Both the position numbers and the translations under genes were made by a program. The notes beneath the pieces were generated by a model. It searched no databases, had not been told where the DNA came from, and saw nothing but the letters and a program-made list of their open reading frames with translations. From Eledone cirrhosa (lineage: Eukaryota): a stretch of 64,000 nucleotides of DNA. This document shows, piece after piece, positions 25,651 through 40,093 of this stretch (position 1 is the first letter of the stretch; every line of letters begins with the position of its first letter). The stretch lies in assembly GCA_964016885.1 (NCBI GenBank), contig OZ024747.1, forward strand, positions 42,222,001 through 42,286,000. Reading direction: 5' to 3'.

Positions 25651-26551
25651 ATACTGTGATGTCATAAGTATTATGACGACATAAGTACTGAGACGTCATA
25701 TGCACTGTGATATCATAGTACTGTGACGTCATGTGTACTGTGATATCATATGTACTGTGACATCATATGTACAATGACGTCAATGTACTGTGATGTCATA
25801 TGTATTCTAACGACATAAATACTGTGATGTCATATACACTGTAGCATCATATGTATTGTGACGTCATAAATACCGTGACGTCATATGTACTGTGATGTCA
25901 TATTATTCTGATGACATATGTACTATGACGTCATATGTATTATAATAACATAGTTACTCGTGGCAAGATGTACTGGAACACAGCACATCTTGTCATCAGT
26001 ATGTATGAACTGGGACATATACATCATGACGTCATATGTACTAGTAACGACATATGTACTGTGACGTCATATGTATTCTGACGACATGCGTACTATGACA
26101 TCATATGTAATCTGTCGACATATACACAGTGGCGTCATATGTACTCTGATGATCTATGCACTGTTACGACATATACACTGTGACGTCATATGTACTGTGA
26201 CGTTATATGTACTGTGACGATATGTGCACTGTGACGAAGTATGCACTGTGACGACATATACACTGTGACGTCATTTGTACTGTGACAACGTATGTACTGT
26301 AACGTCATATGTACTGTGACGTCATATGTATCTGATGTACTGTTACGTTATGTATACTGTGACGTTGTATGGAATGTGACGTCATATGCATTGTGACGAC
26401 ATTTGTACTGTGACGACGTATGTATTGTGACGCCATATGTACTATTACAGTGCTTACTGAGATGCCATATGTACTTTGACGACATATAAGCTTTGACAAC
26501 ATGTACTGTGACGAGATACGATCTGTGACTACTTATCAGCTGTGACGACAT
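25651..26551. repeat. Degenerate 17-bp minisatellite (consensus gtactgtgacgtcatat)
   Basis: About 50 diverged units with CpG-type decay. Confidence 0.9.
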
Positions 26552-26929
26552 AGGAGCTGTTAACTCTTCAGCGGGAACGCTGACACCATTTTAACTTGGT
26601 GAAATGAAACTATGTAATAAAATAAAGAAATTGTGTCTGAACTGATAACTGCAGCTGATACAATAGTAAATTAAAGTATTTCCTATATACTTTAATCACC
26701 TATCACAGCGCCATGTCAATAAATGTTAACGGGTTTCTAGATGTTTCTTAGATGTTTAGTATCATGCTAGAGACTGAACATGACTGTACAATAACAAAAT
26801 ACACTGTTATCAATAAAACAGAAGGTTAATGAATATTAAAATATCTGACAGCTGAAATACTATGAACATGTTGTCGTATGTGGGTGGTATAGCTACAGAA
26901 CATTTCTTTCATTGTTCTATTATTTATGT

Positions 26930-26932
<3 letters not shown>

Positions 26933-27017
<85 letters not shown>

Positions 27018-27194
27018 GAGTAAGAAAGAAGGAGAGAGAGATAAAGAAAGAGAGAGAGAGAGAGGGAGAGATAGAGAGAGAGAGAGAAAGAGAGAGACAG
27101 TGAGAAAGAGAGAAATAAAGAAAGAGTGAGAGAAAGAGAGTGAGAGTAAGAAAGAAGGAGAGAGAGATAAAGAAAGCGAGAGAGAGAGAGAATG

Positions 27195-27255
<61 letters not shown>

Positions 27256-27345
27256 AGAAAGGAAGAGAGAAATAAAGAAAGAGAGAAAGAGAGTGAGAGA
27301 GAGAGAGTGAGAGAGCGAGAGAGAGAGGGAGAGAGGGAGAGAGAG
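26933..27345. repeat. (GA)n and GA-rich low-complexity tract
   Basis: Direct reading. Confidence 0.95.
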
Positions 27346-27349
27346 ATAT

Positions 27350-27541
27350 GGAGCGGTGGATTGGCAGTATCGATAGAGAGTCGGACACAATGCTTTGAAG
27401 CATACAGTTACGTCCCTTTATGATCTGAGTTCAAATCCCGCCGAGGTTAACTTTGCCTTTCATCCTCACGGGGTCGATAAAATAAAGTACCAGTAATGTA
27501 CTGGTTAATTGCTGGCCTTCATGCCAAAAGTAGAAACAATT
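27350..27541 (+). mobile_element. tRNA-derived SINE, full-length
   Basis: A box, B box and conserved body. Confidence 0.9.
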
Positions 27542-28014
27542 AATTATTAAAACCGTGTTTTAATAATTAATACTGGAGGTTTCATTGCCAAGGTAAACGA
27601 ATAAACAAGAATGGGCTATAACAACATCTTGCTCTGTGATAAAGTTTGTTTGTTTAGTTTTGTTGTTTGTTTGTTTTTGTTGTTTGTTGCAGTGTTTCAC
27701 ACAAATTGATCCACACAACTATAACTGTTGTAATATATAACTGTTGTTCTGTAACGTTAAGAGAGCAACAAACACGAGAGACATCTAGTTTGTTGTCCTC
27801 ATCGAATATGTACTTTTATAGTCTTAGAATTATGATTGTATGGGCGGGGGATTGGCAAAGTCGTTAGAGCATCTAACAGATCGCTCTAATCGACCGACAA
27901 GACCTTATTCGTTTACCGAGTGGAGTGGAACTCGCCAAATCGGATCAAGGTTAACAATGTTTCCATTGGTCTTTCCATTGCTAATACTACCTACCTGTCG
28001 CAACTCCTGGCAGA

Positions 28015-28132
28015 AGGAGCAATGCGAAATAAAGTGTCTTGCTGAAGGACACAACGCATCACCCGGTCCGAGAACTGAACTCGCAACCTCACGATTACGA
28101 ATCCAACTCTCTAACCACTAAGCCACACGGCT
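28015..28132 (-). mobile_element. Second tRNA-derived SINE family (CORE/V-type body), 5' part
   Basis: Minus strand: gtggcttagtggttagag...gagttcagttc...gttgtgtccttcagcaagacactt. Confidence 0.7.
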
Positions 28133-29193
28133 TCACACTAACACTTCACTATATGACAGGTACTTAGCAGTTTTTATTCCCGTTCTTTAGGTTCTGAGTT
28201 CAAATTCCACCAAGGTCAAATTTGCTTTTCATCTTTCCGGGGATGGGGATGGGGGGGGGGGGGGGGGTGTCAACTTAATTGTTTTGTTTAAAGCATCATT
28301 TCGTACTACTATGTCTTCCATTATCGCACTCACATTGCTGGAGCATTTGGCATTGTTTGACCGACTTTCAGTCTAAATTTAACGTATCTTTACCAGACAC
28401 AGCCACTGCACTTTCTATTAACTAAAATGTGTGCACTCTGAACAGCGAGATGCTACTGCAATCTTATTGATTCATTGAGTGAGTTATGGCCGGAGATCGT
28501 TGAAATATCAGTAACTTTTCGTAAATCTTGTATAGTTTTTTAAATTAATTTTTTTCTTTTCCTTCTGGAAATACTTTAATCCATTACGACAGTTCGCGCC
28601 ATCTCCATCAGATAGGCATCGAAACAATTTCCGTCTACCAAATTCCACCCATACGTTTGGGATCGGCTAGAAGCTATAGTAAAATACACCTGTCCATGGT
28701 ATCGAACCTACTCTATATGATTATGAAACTAACTTCTTTGCCATTCAGTCACAGTTTAATTTGAAACAAGTTAAAAGGAAAAAAAGAAAGACACGCTGTA
28801 TCTAACTCTACCGACCATTTTGTAGTTAGTTCAGTTGTCGTGAGCTTATTTCACGGTCAGTGCAACTAACGAATGTCAGAACTAATGAACAGCTAGGTTT
28901 ATGGCCGCTCTCTACTTCACGCATGGATTAAGATGAATGATATAGAGCGTGTACTATCGACTACAGAACAATTTCTCAAGAGATCGAGCAGACCTATGAT
29001 CAAAGGTGTTCCAGTGTAACCGTTCCACCATATTTGTTTATCTAGGATTATTATCCAAAGAGATCTTTCGTTTTTAGGACGGTATGATGTTCAATAAGAT
29101 TTGGATGATTTTTCTATCAAGTTACTCGTTGGCTTGCTTGCTCGTTCCGTTGTTTTTGATGTTACTGTTTCAAATTCTTTTATAAAATAAGTA

Positions 29194-30440
<1,247 letters not shown>

Positions 30441-30706
30441 TATATGAAATATTAATGGGCGGTGAGATTTGGCGGAGTTGTTAGGGTGCCGGATTAAAAA
30501 TGCCTCAGTAATTGTTCCGACTTCCTGAGCTCTGCGTTCAAATAGCGCTGAGGTCAACTTTGCTTTTCAACCTTTCGAGGTCGATAAATTCGGCAGCTAC
30601 TTCCCATACCCCACCCCACTCTACAGCTATGTCTATCATATTTTACTAGCTCTAAATTTTTCATTCACATCATTAGCGTATCTGTCTCTTTTTTATACAA
30701 GATATC

Positions 30707-30934
<228 letters not shown>

Positions 30935-31102
30935 CCTGTAGCTCACAATACCGTGGAAACCGGGATAAGTACCGTCCTGATGAGACTCCGAGCTCGAGAC
31001 AGACTTTAGACTTTTAAAATTTGTCAGGATTCTCTTATTGTTAACCTCGTGATTTCCACGAATTATCGGAAGATTTCATTGTTATTTCAAATTCAATATT
31101 TC

Positions 31103-31430
31103 AGTATCGGTAGAGAGTCGGACGCCATGCTTTCCAGCATAGTTACGTCCCTTTACGGTCTGAGTTCAAATAGCGCCGAGGTTCACTTTGTCTTTCATCC
31201 TTACGGGGTCGATAAAATAGAGTACCAGTAATACACTGGAATAATTGCTGGCCTTGTGCCAAAAAGTAGAAACAATTATTATTAATAAGCACTGTTACGT
31301 CCCTTTACGGACTGAGTTCAAATCCCGCCGAGGTTAACTTTGCCTTTCATCCTTACGGGGTCGATAAAATAAAGTACCAGTAATACACTGTGATAATTGC
31401 TGGCCTTGTGCCAAAAATAGAAACAATTAT
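31103..31430 (+). mobile_element. Tandem SINE units (one near-complete, one 5'-truncated)
   Basis: SINE body occurs twice. Confidence 0.85.
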
Positions 31431-31498
31431 TAATATTCGAAAAACTCAGATTACATTTATTGTATTCAGCCATGTAGAGCGAAATTTTCTTTTTATAT

Positions 31499-31533
<35 letters not shown>

Positions 31534-31784
31534 GTAATAATAATAAATTTGAAGACTAAAATCCAAAGAGGGCTCGATAAGGATAAATATATATCAAATA
31601 TATAAGAACCCTAGAGCAAATATTTATTAAAATAACAGATTAAAGTTTAAGCATTTAAAGTTTAAACTGGGATAACTGCTGGACTTGTGCCAAAAGTAGA
31701 AACAGTTATTTCAAATTCAATATTTGACAAAATCAATAACTCTATTTTAGACAGAGATGCATTCGTTTTCTCTCTTCAAAACAC

Positions 31785-32113
31785 AATGGCTTCTGATTTA
31801 AGCACAAGGCCAACCATTTAGAGGGAGGGAATAGTCGATAAATCGACACTTTTGCATTATTGGTACTTTATTTTATCGACCCCATAAGAATGAAAGGCAA
31901 AACTAACTTAGGCAGAATTTTCTTCAAAACATAATTGTTTCTACTTTTGGCACAAGGCCAGCAAATTACTCAGTACATTACTGGTACTTTATTTTATCGG
32001 CCCCGTAAGGATGAAAGGCAAAGTTAACCTCGACGGGATTTGAACTCAGAACGTAAAGGGACGTAACTATTCTAGAAAGCATGGCGTCCAACCGTCTACC
32101 GATACTGCCAATC
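31785..32113 (-). mobile_element. Two SINE copies, minus strand
   Basis: Reverse complement of the SINE body. Confidence 0.8.
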
Positions 32114-33032
32114 AAAACATGATGGGCATGGAAGGCAACAGGAAATGTTGTGAATCATACATAGCCACCATGTTACATCCATTACATTATTTCAATATCA
32201 CTATCATGCCTCTTACAAGTACACACACTATCTAATGTGTCTTTTCTTTATTTTTAAGATGGCAGGGTATGAATTGCGAGAGATTTGGCTGCTATTTCTA
32301 ACAGGGAGTGTAATCTCACAGAAGCTCGTCCTTTGGCTCACTATATTGACACTAGTTCTGGCAGAAGCAAAAATGGTGTATTGAAACGGTTATCAATAGA
32401 CTTGCTCTCCATTGACTTAATGATTTTATGTTTAGAGAGCAGATGAACAACTACTGACTAAAACGCTTGGTTAACAGAGCCAATACTAATAGTGACCTTA
32501 AAAGCAAGTTCGATCACGAATTAGTAGTAGACAAAAATCAATGCAAAATACATTTTATTTTACACTAATCGTGCGTTATTATTTAATTAAGACCAGTACT
32601 ATACATACCCATATATATATATACATACACATACATATTATATATATATATATATATATACATACACACACATATATATACATACACATATATATATATA
32701 TACATACACATACATATTATATATATATATATATACACATACATATATATATACATATACACACATACATATTATATATATATGTGTGTGTGTGTGTTTG
32801 TACATGCGTATGTGTGTGTGTGCGTGTGTGTGCATGCGTATGTGTGTGTGCGCGCGTGTGATCATGTACTTTTATTTTTACGTAGAAAACTTTTCCTACA
32901 ATGACGGAAGCTACACACAACCTGATAACCCGTTTTCTATATAAAGAACTTCAATTGGATAACATTTATATATAATACAGTTTAATGTAGAAATTGAGAT
33001 GAAATTATATTGCTTGCTCCCAATAATAGTAA

Positions 33033-33210
33033 TAATTGTTTCTACTTTTGGCACAAGGCCAGCAATTACCAGTACTTTATTTTATCGACCCCGTAAGGAT
33101 GAAAGGCAAAGTTAACCTCGGCGGGATTTGAACTCAGAATGGCAAGGGCCGTAACTCTATGCGTCAAAGCATGGCATCCGACCCTCTACCGATACTGCCA
33201 ATCCACCGCC
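33033..33210 (-). mobile_element. SINE, full-length
   Basis: Reverse complement of the consensus including the head (gccaatccaccgcc). Confidence 0.85.
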
Positions 33211-33398
33211 ATAATGAGGAAGGAATTGTTTTTAGTGTTATTCTTATTATGAGAATAGTAGTATGGCAAAGAACGGTAGAGCATCGGACAAAATATTTTG
33301 TGGCATTTAGTTACGGCTCTTTACGTTTCCAAATCCCTCTGATATTAACTTTGCCTTTTATCCATCATTCGGTATCAATTATAATAAAGAGCTTGTCA

Positions 33399-33596
33399 CT
33401 GACCTGCCAACCTCTAAAAACCCGAAAAAGGAGGGTACCATGAAAAAAGGTCCCCCAAACAAGGAGAAATGAGGCAAAATGGGGAGATTTTACATAAAAT
33501 GAAAACTATACCCATTTTCACAAGAGAAGACATCTCTCACCTATCACAGAGTGAATTGGAGATCTCCCCGTCCGAAGGGGAGAGTTGACAGGTCTG
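33399..33596. mobile_element. hAT-like MITE (family also at 52420-52597 and 61941-62135)
   Basis: TIR gacctgccaac / gttgacaggtc; three copies in the window. Confidence 0.75.
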
Positions 33597-33685
33597 CTGT
33601 AATTTACTGGGGTCGATTTCGTCTTATTTCCACTCCCGCTAAATTGCAGACCTTCTGCCTAAATTGAACTCCATCATTATCTTCA

Positions 33686-34421
33686 CTAGCAGAAAAACCA
33701 CCCTAGTGTGTATATTGATATTACACGCAAGTATATATACATGTAGATATGATACATCAAATATAATCGTAATCCTAATTGACAATATATAATACATAGA
33801 AATTGAACGAAGACGTTGTTACACTGTCTTATGTAATCAGTAACGTAATCCATGATACATTAAAAAAGACGATATTATATATAAAGTGCATTACGAGAAA
33901 ATTAATGACGGAAAATTAGTATGTTTATTTAAGGCTTAAATAAACATACTAATTTTCCGTCATTAATTTTCAACACTTCCGGTGGCGATCGCTTAAATTT
34001 TAAGCGATCGCCACCGGAAGTGTTGACATTTCAGAAATTTTAAAGAAGTGAATCTTTAAATAAACAAAATATATTTAATGAACAGCCACGAAATTTAGTA
34101 GATAAATTATGTAATATTCATTCATTATTTATTCAAAGTAAGGGCGGTGGATTGGCAGTATCGGTAGATAGTCGGACACCATGCTTTGAAGCATAGAGTT
34201 ACGTCCCTTTATGATCTGAGTTCAAATCCCGCCGAGGTTAACTTGCCTTTCATCCTTATGGGGTCGATAAAATAAAGTACCAGTAATGTACTGATTAATT
34301 GCTGGCCTTGTGCCTAAAATAGAAACAATTATTTATTCAAAGTAATCGAACTTATTTTACAAACGGGATAAAAAAAAACAAAACCGTACGCAATCCCGCA
34401 GACCTTTTATTATAGTTTAGA
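33686..34421 (-). mobile_element. Non-autonomous Helitron-like element, copy 2, with an internal full-length SINE
   Basis: Same TC and CTAG termini as 18998-19758. SINE 34142-34328 is flanked by the duplication attatttattcaaagtaa. Confidence 0.7.
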
Positions 34422-34559
34422 TTAATCATTTGAGAGCGCATGCGTCCATCTTTATTTTAAAACAATTCTAATACGTTTTTTTCTTTTTTTTCATATATAA
34501 TCATAAACGAAGCGGTTTAAAATTGAAATGCCTGCGTTCCAGCGATCACTATAAATAAT

Positions 34560-35580
34560 AGTTTGTTTCTACTTTTGGCACAAGGCCAGCAATTACCCAG
34601 TGCATTATTGGTACTTTATTTTATCGACCCCGAGGCAAAGTTAACCTCGGTGGGATTTGAACTCAGAATAGCAAGGGCCGTAACTCTATAAATAATAGTT
34701 GAGGAAATTGTGTAAAGTATCCCTGAAAACGGGGAAAAGTGGACATAAGTGACATTGGTGGCCATGTGACCAGCGGCTCTTTATCGTCAGGGTTAACACA
34801 CTCGCCTGACATCCGGGTGATACGGGGGTTCCTCGCACAGTGCCTCTGTTTGTTGTCTCCGGGAGTAATTTACCTTATTTTCTCAACTATTATTTATAGT
34901 AAGCATCAGACAACATGCTTTGCAGCATAGAGTTATGGCCTTTTACGTTCTGAGTTGAAATTCCGCCGAGGTTAACTTTACCTTTCATCCTTACGAAATC
35001 GATAAAATAAAGTACCAGTAATACACTGGGATAATTGCTGGCCTTAATAATTATAAAATTATAAAATTATAAAATAAAAAGCAGTAATGCACTGGGATAA
35101 TTGTGCCAAAAGTAGAAACAGTTATTGCAATCAGATATAGGGCGATGGATTGGCAGTATCGGTAGAGCGTCGAACACCATGCTTTGCGGCATAGAGTTAC
35201 GTTCTGAGTTCAAATCCCGCCGAAGTTAGCTTTGCCTTTCATCCTTACGGGTTCGATAAAATAAATCACCAGTAACGTTCTGGGATCGATCTAACCGACT
35301 CCCCCCTCAAATTGCAGGCCTTGTGCCTATAATAGAAATCATTGTTGTAATTATAGTTAAAGGTCGGTGGATTGGCAGTATCGGTAGAGCGTCGAACAAC
35401 ATGCTTTGTGGCACATAGTTACGGCCCTTTACGTTCTGAGTACAAATCCCGCCGAGGTTAACCTTGCCTATCATCCTTACCGGGTCGATAAAATAAAGTA
35501 CCAGTAATGCACTGGTGTCGGTTTCATCGACGTACTCCTCCCACCAAAATTGTTGCCCTTGTGCCTACATGAGAAACCAT
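34560..35580. mobile_element. SINE cluster (about 4 copies) around a small inverted-repeat element at 34686-34900
   Basis: SINE bodies at 34560-34685 (-), 34905-35045, 35139-35340 and 35362-35580 (+). IR ctataaataatagttgag / ctcaactattatttatag. Confidence 0.75.
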
Positions 35581-35904
35581 TATTACAGTCATTTGTGTAG
35601 AGACGCACACATATAAAAAAAAGGGAGAGGCTATGTAGCCGGTAAGAGTGTCAGACACCATGAGTTGTGGTCCGAGTTAAGACACTTGTTCAGACAATTG
35701 TTGAGACAATTTGATGTCTTTTCCACCATCAATTGTTAAAAAACAAGTTAAAATCATTTAGTCGTCCATTCGTAACGTACGTTACACTTTAGTTACATAC
35801 AACACATCTACAGGTAAATACATAAACAGATACAGGCAACAGAAGGAAGGGTTTACTGGCTACATAGTCTATTCGTAAAAAATAAAGAAAAATTAAAGCT
35901 GTTC

Positions 35905-37740
35905 GTAGTTAGTGTCTTATATAATGTTATTTGTGTACATTTAGTGTCTTATATAGTGTTATTTGTGTACAGTTATACATTTAGTGTCTTATTTAGAGTT
36001 ATTTGCGTACAGTAATATATATTAGTGTCTTATTTAGTGTTATTTGTGTACAGTAATACATTTAGTCTCTTACTTAGTGTTATTTGTGTACAGTAATACA
36101 TTTAGTGTCTTATTTAGTGTTATTTGTGTACAGTAATACATTTAGCGTCTTATTTAGGTTTATTTGTGTACAGTAATACATTTAGTGTCTTATTTAGTGT
36201 TATTTGTGTACAGTAATACATTTAGTCTCTTATTTAGTGTTATTTGTGTACAGTAATACATTTAGTGTCATATTTAGTGTTATTTGTGTACAGTAATACA
36301 TTTAGTGTCTTATTTAGGTTTATTTGTGTACAGTAATACATTTAGTGTCCTATATAATGTTATTTGTGTACAGTAATACATTTAGTGTCTTATATAATGT
36401 TATTTGTGTACAGTAATACATTTAGTGTCTTATTTAGGTTTATTTGTGTACAGTAATACATTTAGTGTCCTATATAATGTTATTTGTGTACAGTAATACA
36501 TTTAGTGTCTTATATAATATTATTTGTGTACAGTAATACATTTAGTGTCTTATTTAGTATTATTTGTGTACAGTAATACATTTAGTGTCTTATATAATTT
36601 TATTTGAGTACAGTAATATATTTAGTGCCTTATATAATGTTATTTGTGTACAGTAATACATTTAGTGTCTTATTTAGTGTTATTTGTGTACAATTAGTGT
36701 CTTATATAATGTTATTGGTGTATAGTAATACATTTAGTGTTTTATATAGTGTTATTTGAGTACATTTAGTGTCTTATATAATGTTATGTGAGTACATTTA
36801 GTGTCTTATATAGTGCTATTTGTGTACAGTAATACATTTAGTGCCTTATATAATGTTATTTGAGTACATTTAGTGTCTTATATAATGTTATTTGTGTACA
36901 GTAATACATTTAGTGTCTTATATAGTCTTATTTGTCTACAGTAATACATTTAGTGGCTTTTTATAATGTTATTTGAGTACAGTAATAGATTTAGTGTCTT
37001 ATATAATGTTATTTGTGTACAGTAATACATTTAGTGTCTTATTTAGTGTTATTTGTGTACAGTAATACATTTAGTGTCCTATATAATGTTATTTGTCTAC
37101 AGTAATACATTTAGTGTCTTATTTAGTGTTATTTGTGTACAGTAATACATTTAGTGTCTTATATAATGTTATTTGTGTACAGTAATACATTTAGTGTCTT
37201 ATTTAGTGTTATTTGTGTACAGTAATACATTTAGTGTCTTATATAATGTTATTTGTGTACAGTAATACATTTAGTGTCTTATTTAGTGTTATTTGTGTAC
37301 ATTTAGTGTCTTATATAATGTTATTGGTGTACAGTAATACATTTAGTGTCTTATATAGTGTTATTTGAGTACATTTAGTGTCTTATATAATGTTATTTGA
37401 GTACATTTAGTGTCTTATATAGTGTTATTTGTGTACAGTAATACATTTAGTGCCTTATATAATGTTATTTGAGTACATTTAGTGTCTTATATAATGTTAT
37501 TTGTGTACAGTAATACATTTAGTGTCTTATATAATGTTATTTGTGTACAGTAATACATTTAGTGTCTTATATAATGTTATTTGTGTACAGTAATGCATTT
37601 AGTGTCTTATATAATGTTATTGATGTACAGTAATACATGTAGTGTCTTATTTAGTGTTATTTGTGTACAGTTACATTTAGTGTCTTATATAGTGTTATTT
37701 GTGTACAGTAATACATTTAGTGTCTTATATAATGTTATTT
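35905..37740. repeat. 40-bp tandem satellite (catttagtgtcttatttagtgttatttgtgtacagtaata) with 32-bp variants
   Basis: Period 40 is visible in the line layout; about 47 units. Confidence 0.95.
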
Positions 37741-38361
37741 AAAAAAGGTTGAAACTCGCCCACCTGTAATGCTTCTATATTGTCGAATATCCCTTTCTGT
37801 TTTTTAAACCATTTGAGGCATTTGAATGGAATGGAACTTTTAGTATATTGAACAGCATCCTTCATATTGGTGCCCAATAAAATCAATATGTTCAGTTCAA
37901 TTTGATTGACTATATATGACCTCTACAACAACAACAACACCAAAACAATAACAAAATGAAATAACAAAATAAACCTCCAAAATATTAACCTTGTGCCTAA
38001 TTAGAAAAAGCGATATTTTAGGAGCAATGCTAATATAATTTCCTCTGGTTACTTAAGAAATGTTAAAACCAGTAAACACTTCTGAAAGTATTTACTTTTA
38101 ATCCTTCTAAACAATATTAAACTATTAAAACATCTAATTGTCCAACCTAACTTCGCCTCAATGATAATTTATTGCCTAATCGTCAACTTAAGTTGTGTTC
38201 TCTGCTGCTTTAAAGAACAAGGTTATTTACACAATTTTCACCACCCCCATTGCTGGTCTCGTTACATATTTTTGAATTATAAATAACATTATTTGCAGAT
38301 GGCAGCAGATAGTGAAGTCAATCATGTTACTGGCCTGCTAATGCCATATCTCCCTCAAATC

Positions 38362-38645
38362 CAGAGGTGTAACTAGGGAATGGCAAGCATGCCACATGCC
38401 ATAGTGTCACTACTTGGACTAGAAGCACGTTCTATTAAAGTCAAATAAGCCTCCTCGGAGATGGGAAAAAGAAACTCCTTCAGACGTACGATCTGTCTCT
38501 GATTATCATGGGTGAGGACACTATGGTGGCTGGATCATTAAACCATTTATATAAATGATTAGGCCCATAAGTAAAAATACGTTGCTAGGCAGGGGCACAG
38601 TTTCACTGTTTGCCATAGGCGCTATTTTCCCTAGTTATGTCTCTA
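38362..38645. mobile_element. hAT MITE with 8-bp TSD
   Basis: TIR cagaggtgtaactaggg / ccctagttatgtctcta; TSD ctcaaatc at 38354-38361 and 38646-38653. Confidence 0.9.
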
Positions 38646-38727
38646 CTCAAATCATACCTTATGAAAGTCTTAGGAGAGGAAAAACGCATTGAATAATATA
38701 GTTCCTTGTATGTATGTTCTGGTTTCA

Positions 38728-39030
38728 TTTAACTTTGCCTTTCATCCTTACGGGGTCGATAAAATAAAGTACCAGTAATACACTAGGTAATTGCTGGCCT
38801 TGTGCCAAAAGTAGAAACAATTATTTTATACATAAGGCGGTGGATTAGCAGTATCGGTAGAGGGTCGGACGCCATGCCTTGCAGCAAAGAGTTACGGCCC
38901 TTTATGGTCTGAGTTCAAATCCCGCCGAGGTTAACTTTGCCTTTCATCCTTACGGGGTCGATAAAATAAAGTACCAGTAATACACTGGGATAATTGCTGG
39001 CCTTGTGCCAAAAGTAGAAACAATTATTTT
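38728..39030 (+). mobile_element. Tandem SINEs (partial plus full-length)
   Basis: SINE bodies, each followed by aattattttatacat. Confidence 0.85.
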
Positions 39031-39652
39031 ATACATTTTTACCAATATATATATATATATATCACAAGGAAATTACCTGGCATCCCACCACATCCTCTAC
39101 GGAATTACCTTAGGAACTTACCCACGGACATACAATAAACAACATTTTTTTTCCCACACGCTACCTACATCCACAATACGTATAAACACCACACACACGT
39201 GCGTACCACCACATATTTACACACTCAGCCTCCGGAATCCTCTCCTCCCCACACCTCTGACCCCTCCCCATCCACATACGCGCACACACACCGACCTACA
39301 CCCCCACCCCACACGCACCTTTTCCTGAACATGCAACCCCGTTCTTCCCCCAAATCTCACATTTACATACACACACACACACGCACACACACACACACGT
39401 ACACCTACACACACACATACCTTCAGCCCTCCCCGCTCGGACACCCCGCATCCCTCTCCACACTCCACCCGCCACCACCCCTACACGCCCCACACCCTTC
39501 CACCACTTGTTTTACTTCATGTTTATTTTTATTTTTATTATACTTTTGTATTTATTTTCATTTGTACCGTTTCCTCTCACCCCCTTTTTTCTAAATGTCT
39601 CTCCCCCACTCCCCTACACACCCTTGGAACTCTCTTCCCACACACTTTTCGC

Positions 39653-39680
39653 CTGAAGAAGGGCTTATGCCCGAAACGTC
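39653..39680 (+). ncRNA. Minimal hammerhead core of Penelope pLTR type, stem I not evident
   Basis: CUGAAGA a GGGC uuau GCCC GAAA C GUC within a (TA)n-bounded insert (39061-39772) that has a downstream AATAAA. Confidence 0.6.
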
Positions 39681-39767
39681 ATTCCCCACCACCACCCCAC
39701 TCTCAAGAGCGTGAAACTAATAAACCTTTGTTCGTACTGCCTCTCTGTTTTGTTCCCGTTCAATTTT

Positions 39768-39837
<70 letters not shown>

Positions 39838-39842
<5 letters not shown>

Positions 39843-40090
39843 ATCTTTGACGTCGACGGCGGAGCTCAAGCCGTTTCGACGGCTATTTCTGGACTAAATT
39901 AGAATTTTTAGCGTGGTAAATAAATAGCCGAACTTTTCAAGGGTTAATTCCTTATATGGGAAGATTGTAGTTGTCAAAAGGATTGGTCAAAATTTCTTGC
40001 AAACACAATTAAGTCTTTCAACAATGAGGGAGCGGGTGGAGCCGGTCAAGCGTTGAAAGTGAATTCTATACAGCAAATTCTAAGGATATA
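39838..40090 (-). mobile_element. Diverged copy of the 9.1-kb hammerhead element (core UUGAAAA)
   Basis: Homologous to 9085-9240 and 9333-9375; adjoins (TA)n. Confidence 0.7.
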
Positions 40091-40093
40091 TAT

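Noticed and set aside
30950-31010. gaaac...ctgatgag as a hammerhead
   Set aside because: No stem I between GUC and CUGAUGA and stem III mispairs; it looks more like a SINE/LINE 3' tail fragment.
34142-34230. tRNA gene
   Set aside because: A and B boxes are present but there is no cloverleaf; it is a SINE head.
35905-37740. CRISPR-like periodic array
   Set aside because: Head-to-tail satellite without unique spacers; no cas genes; eukaryotic context.
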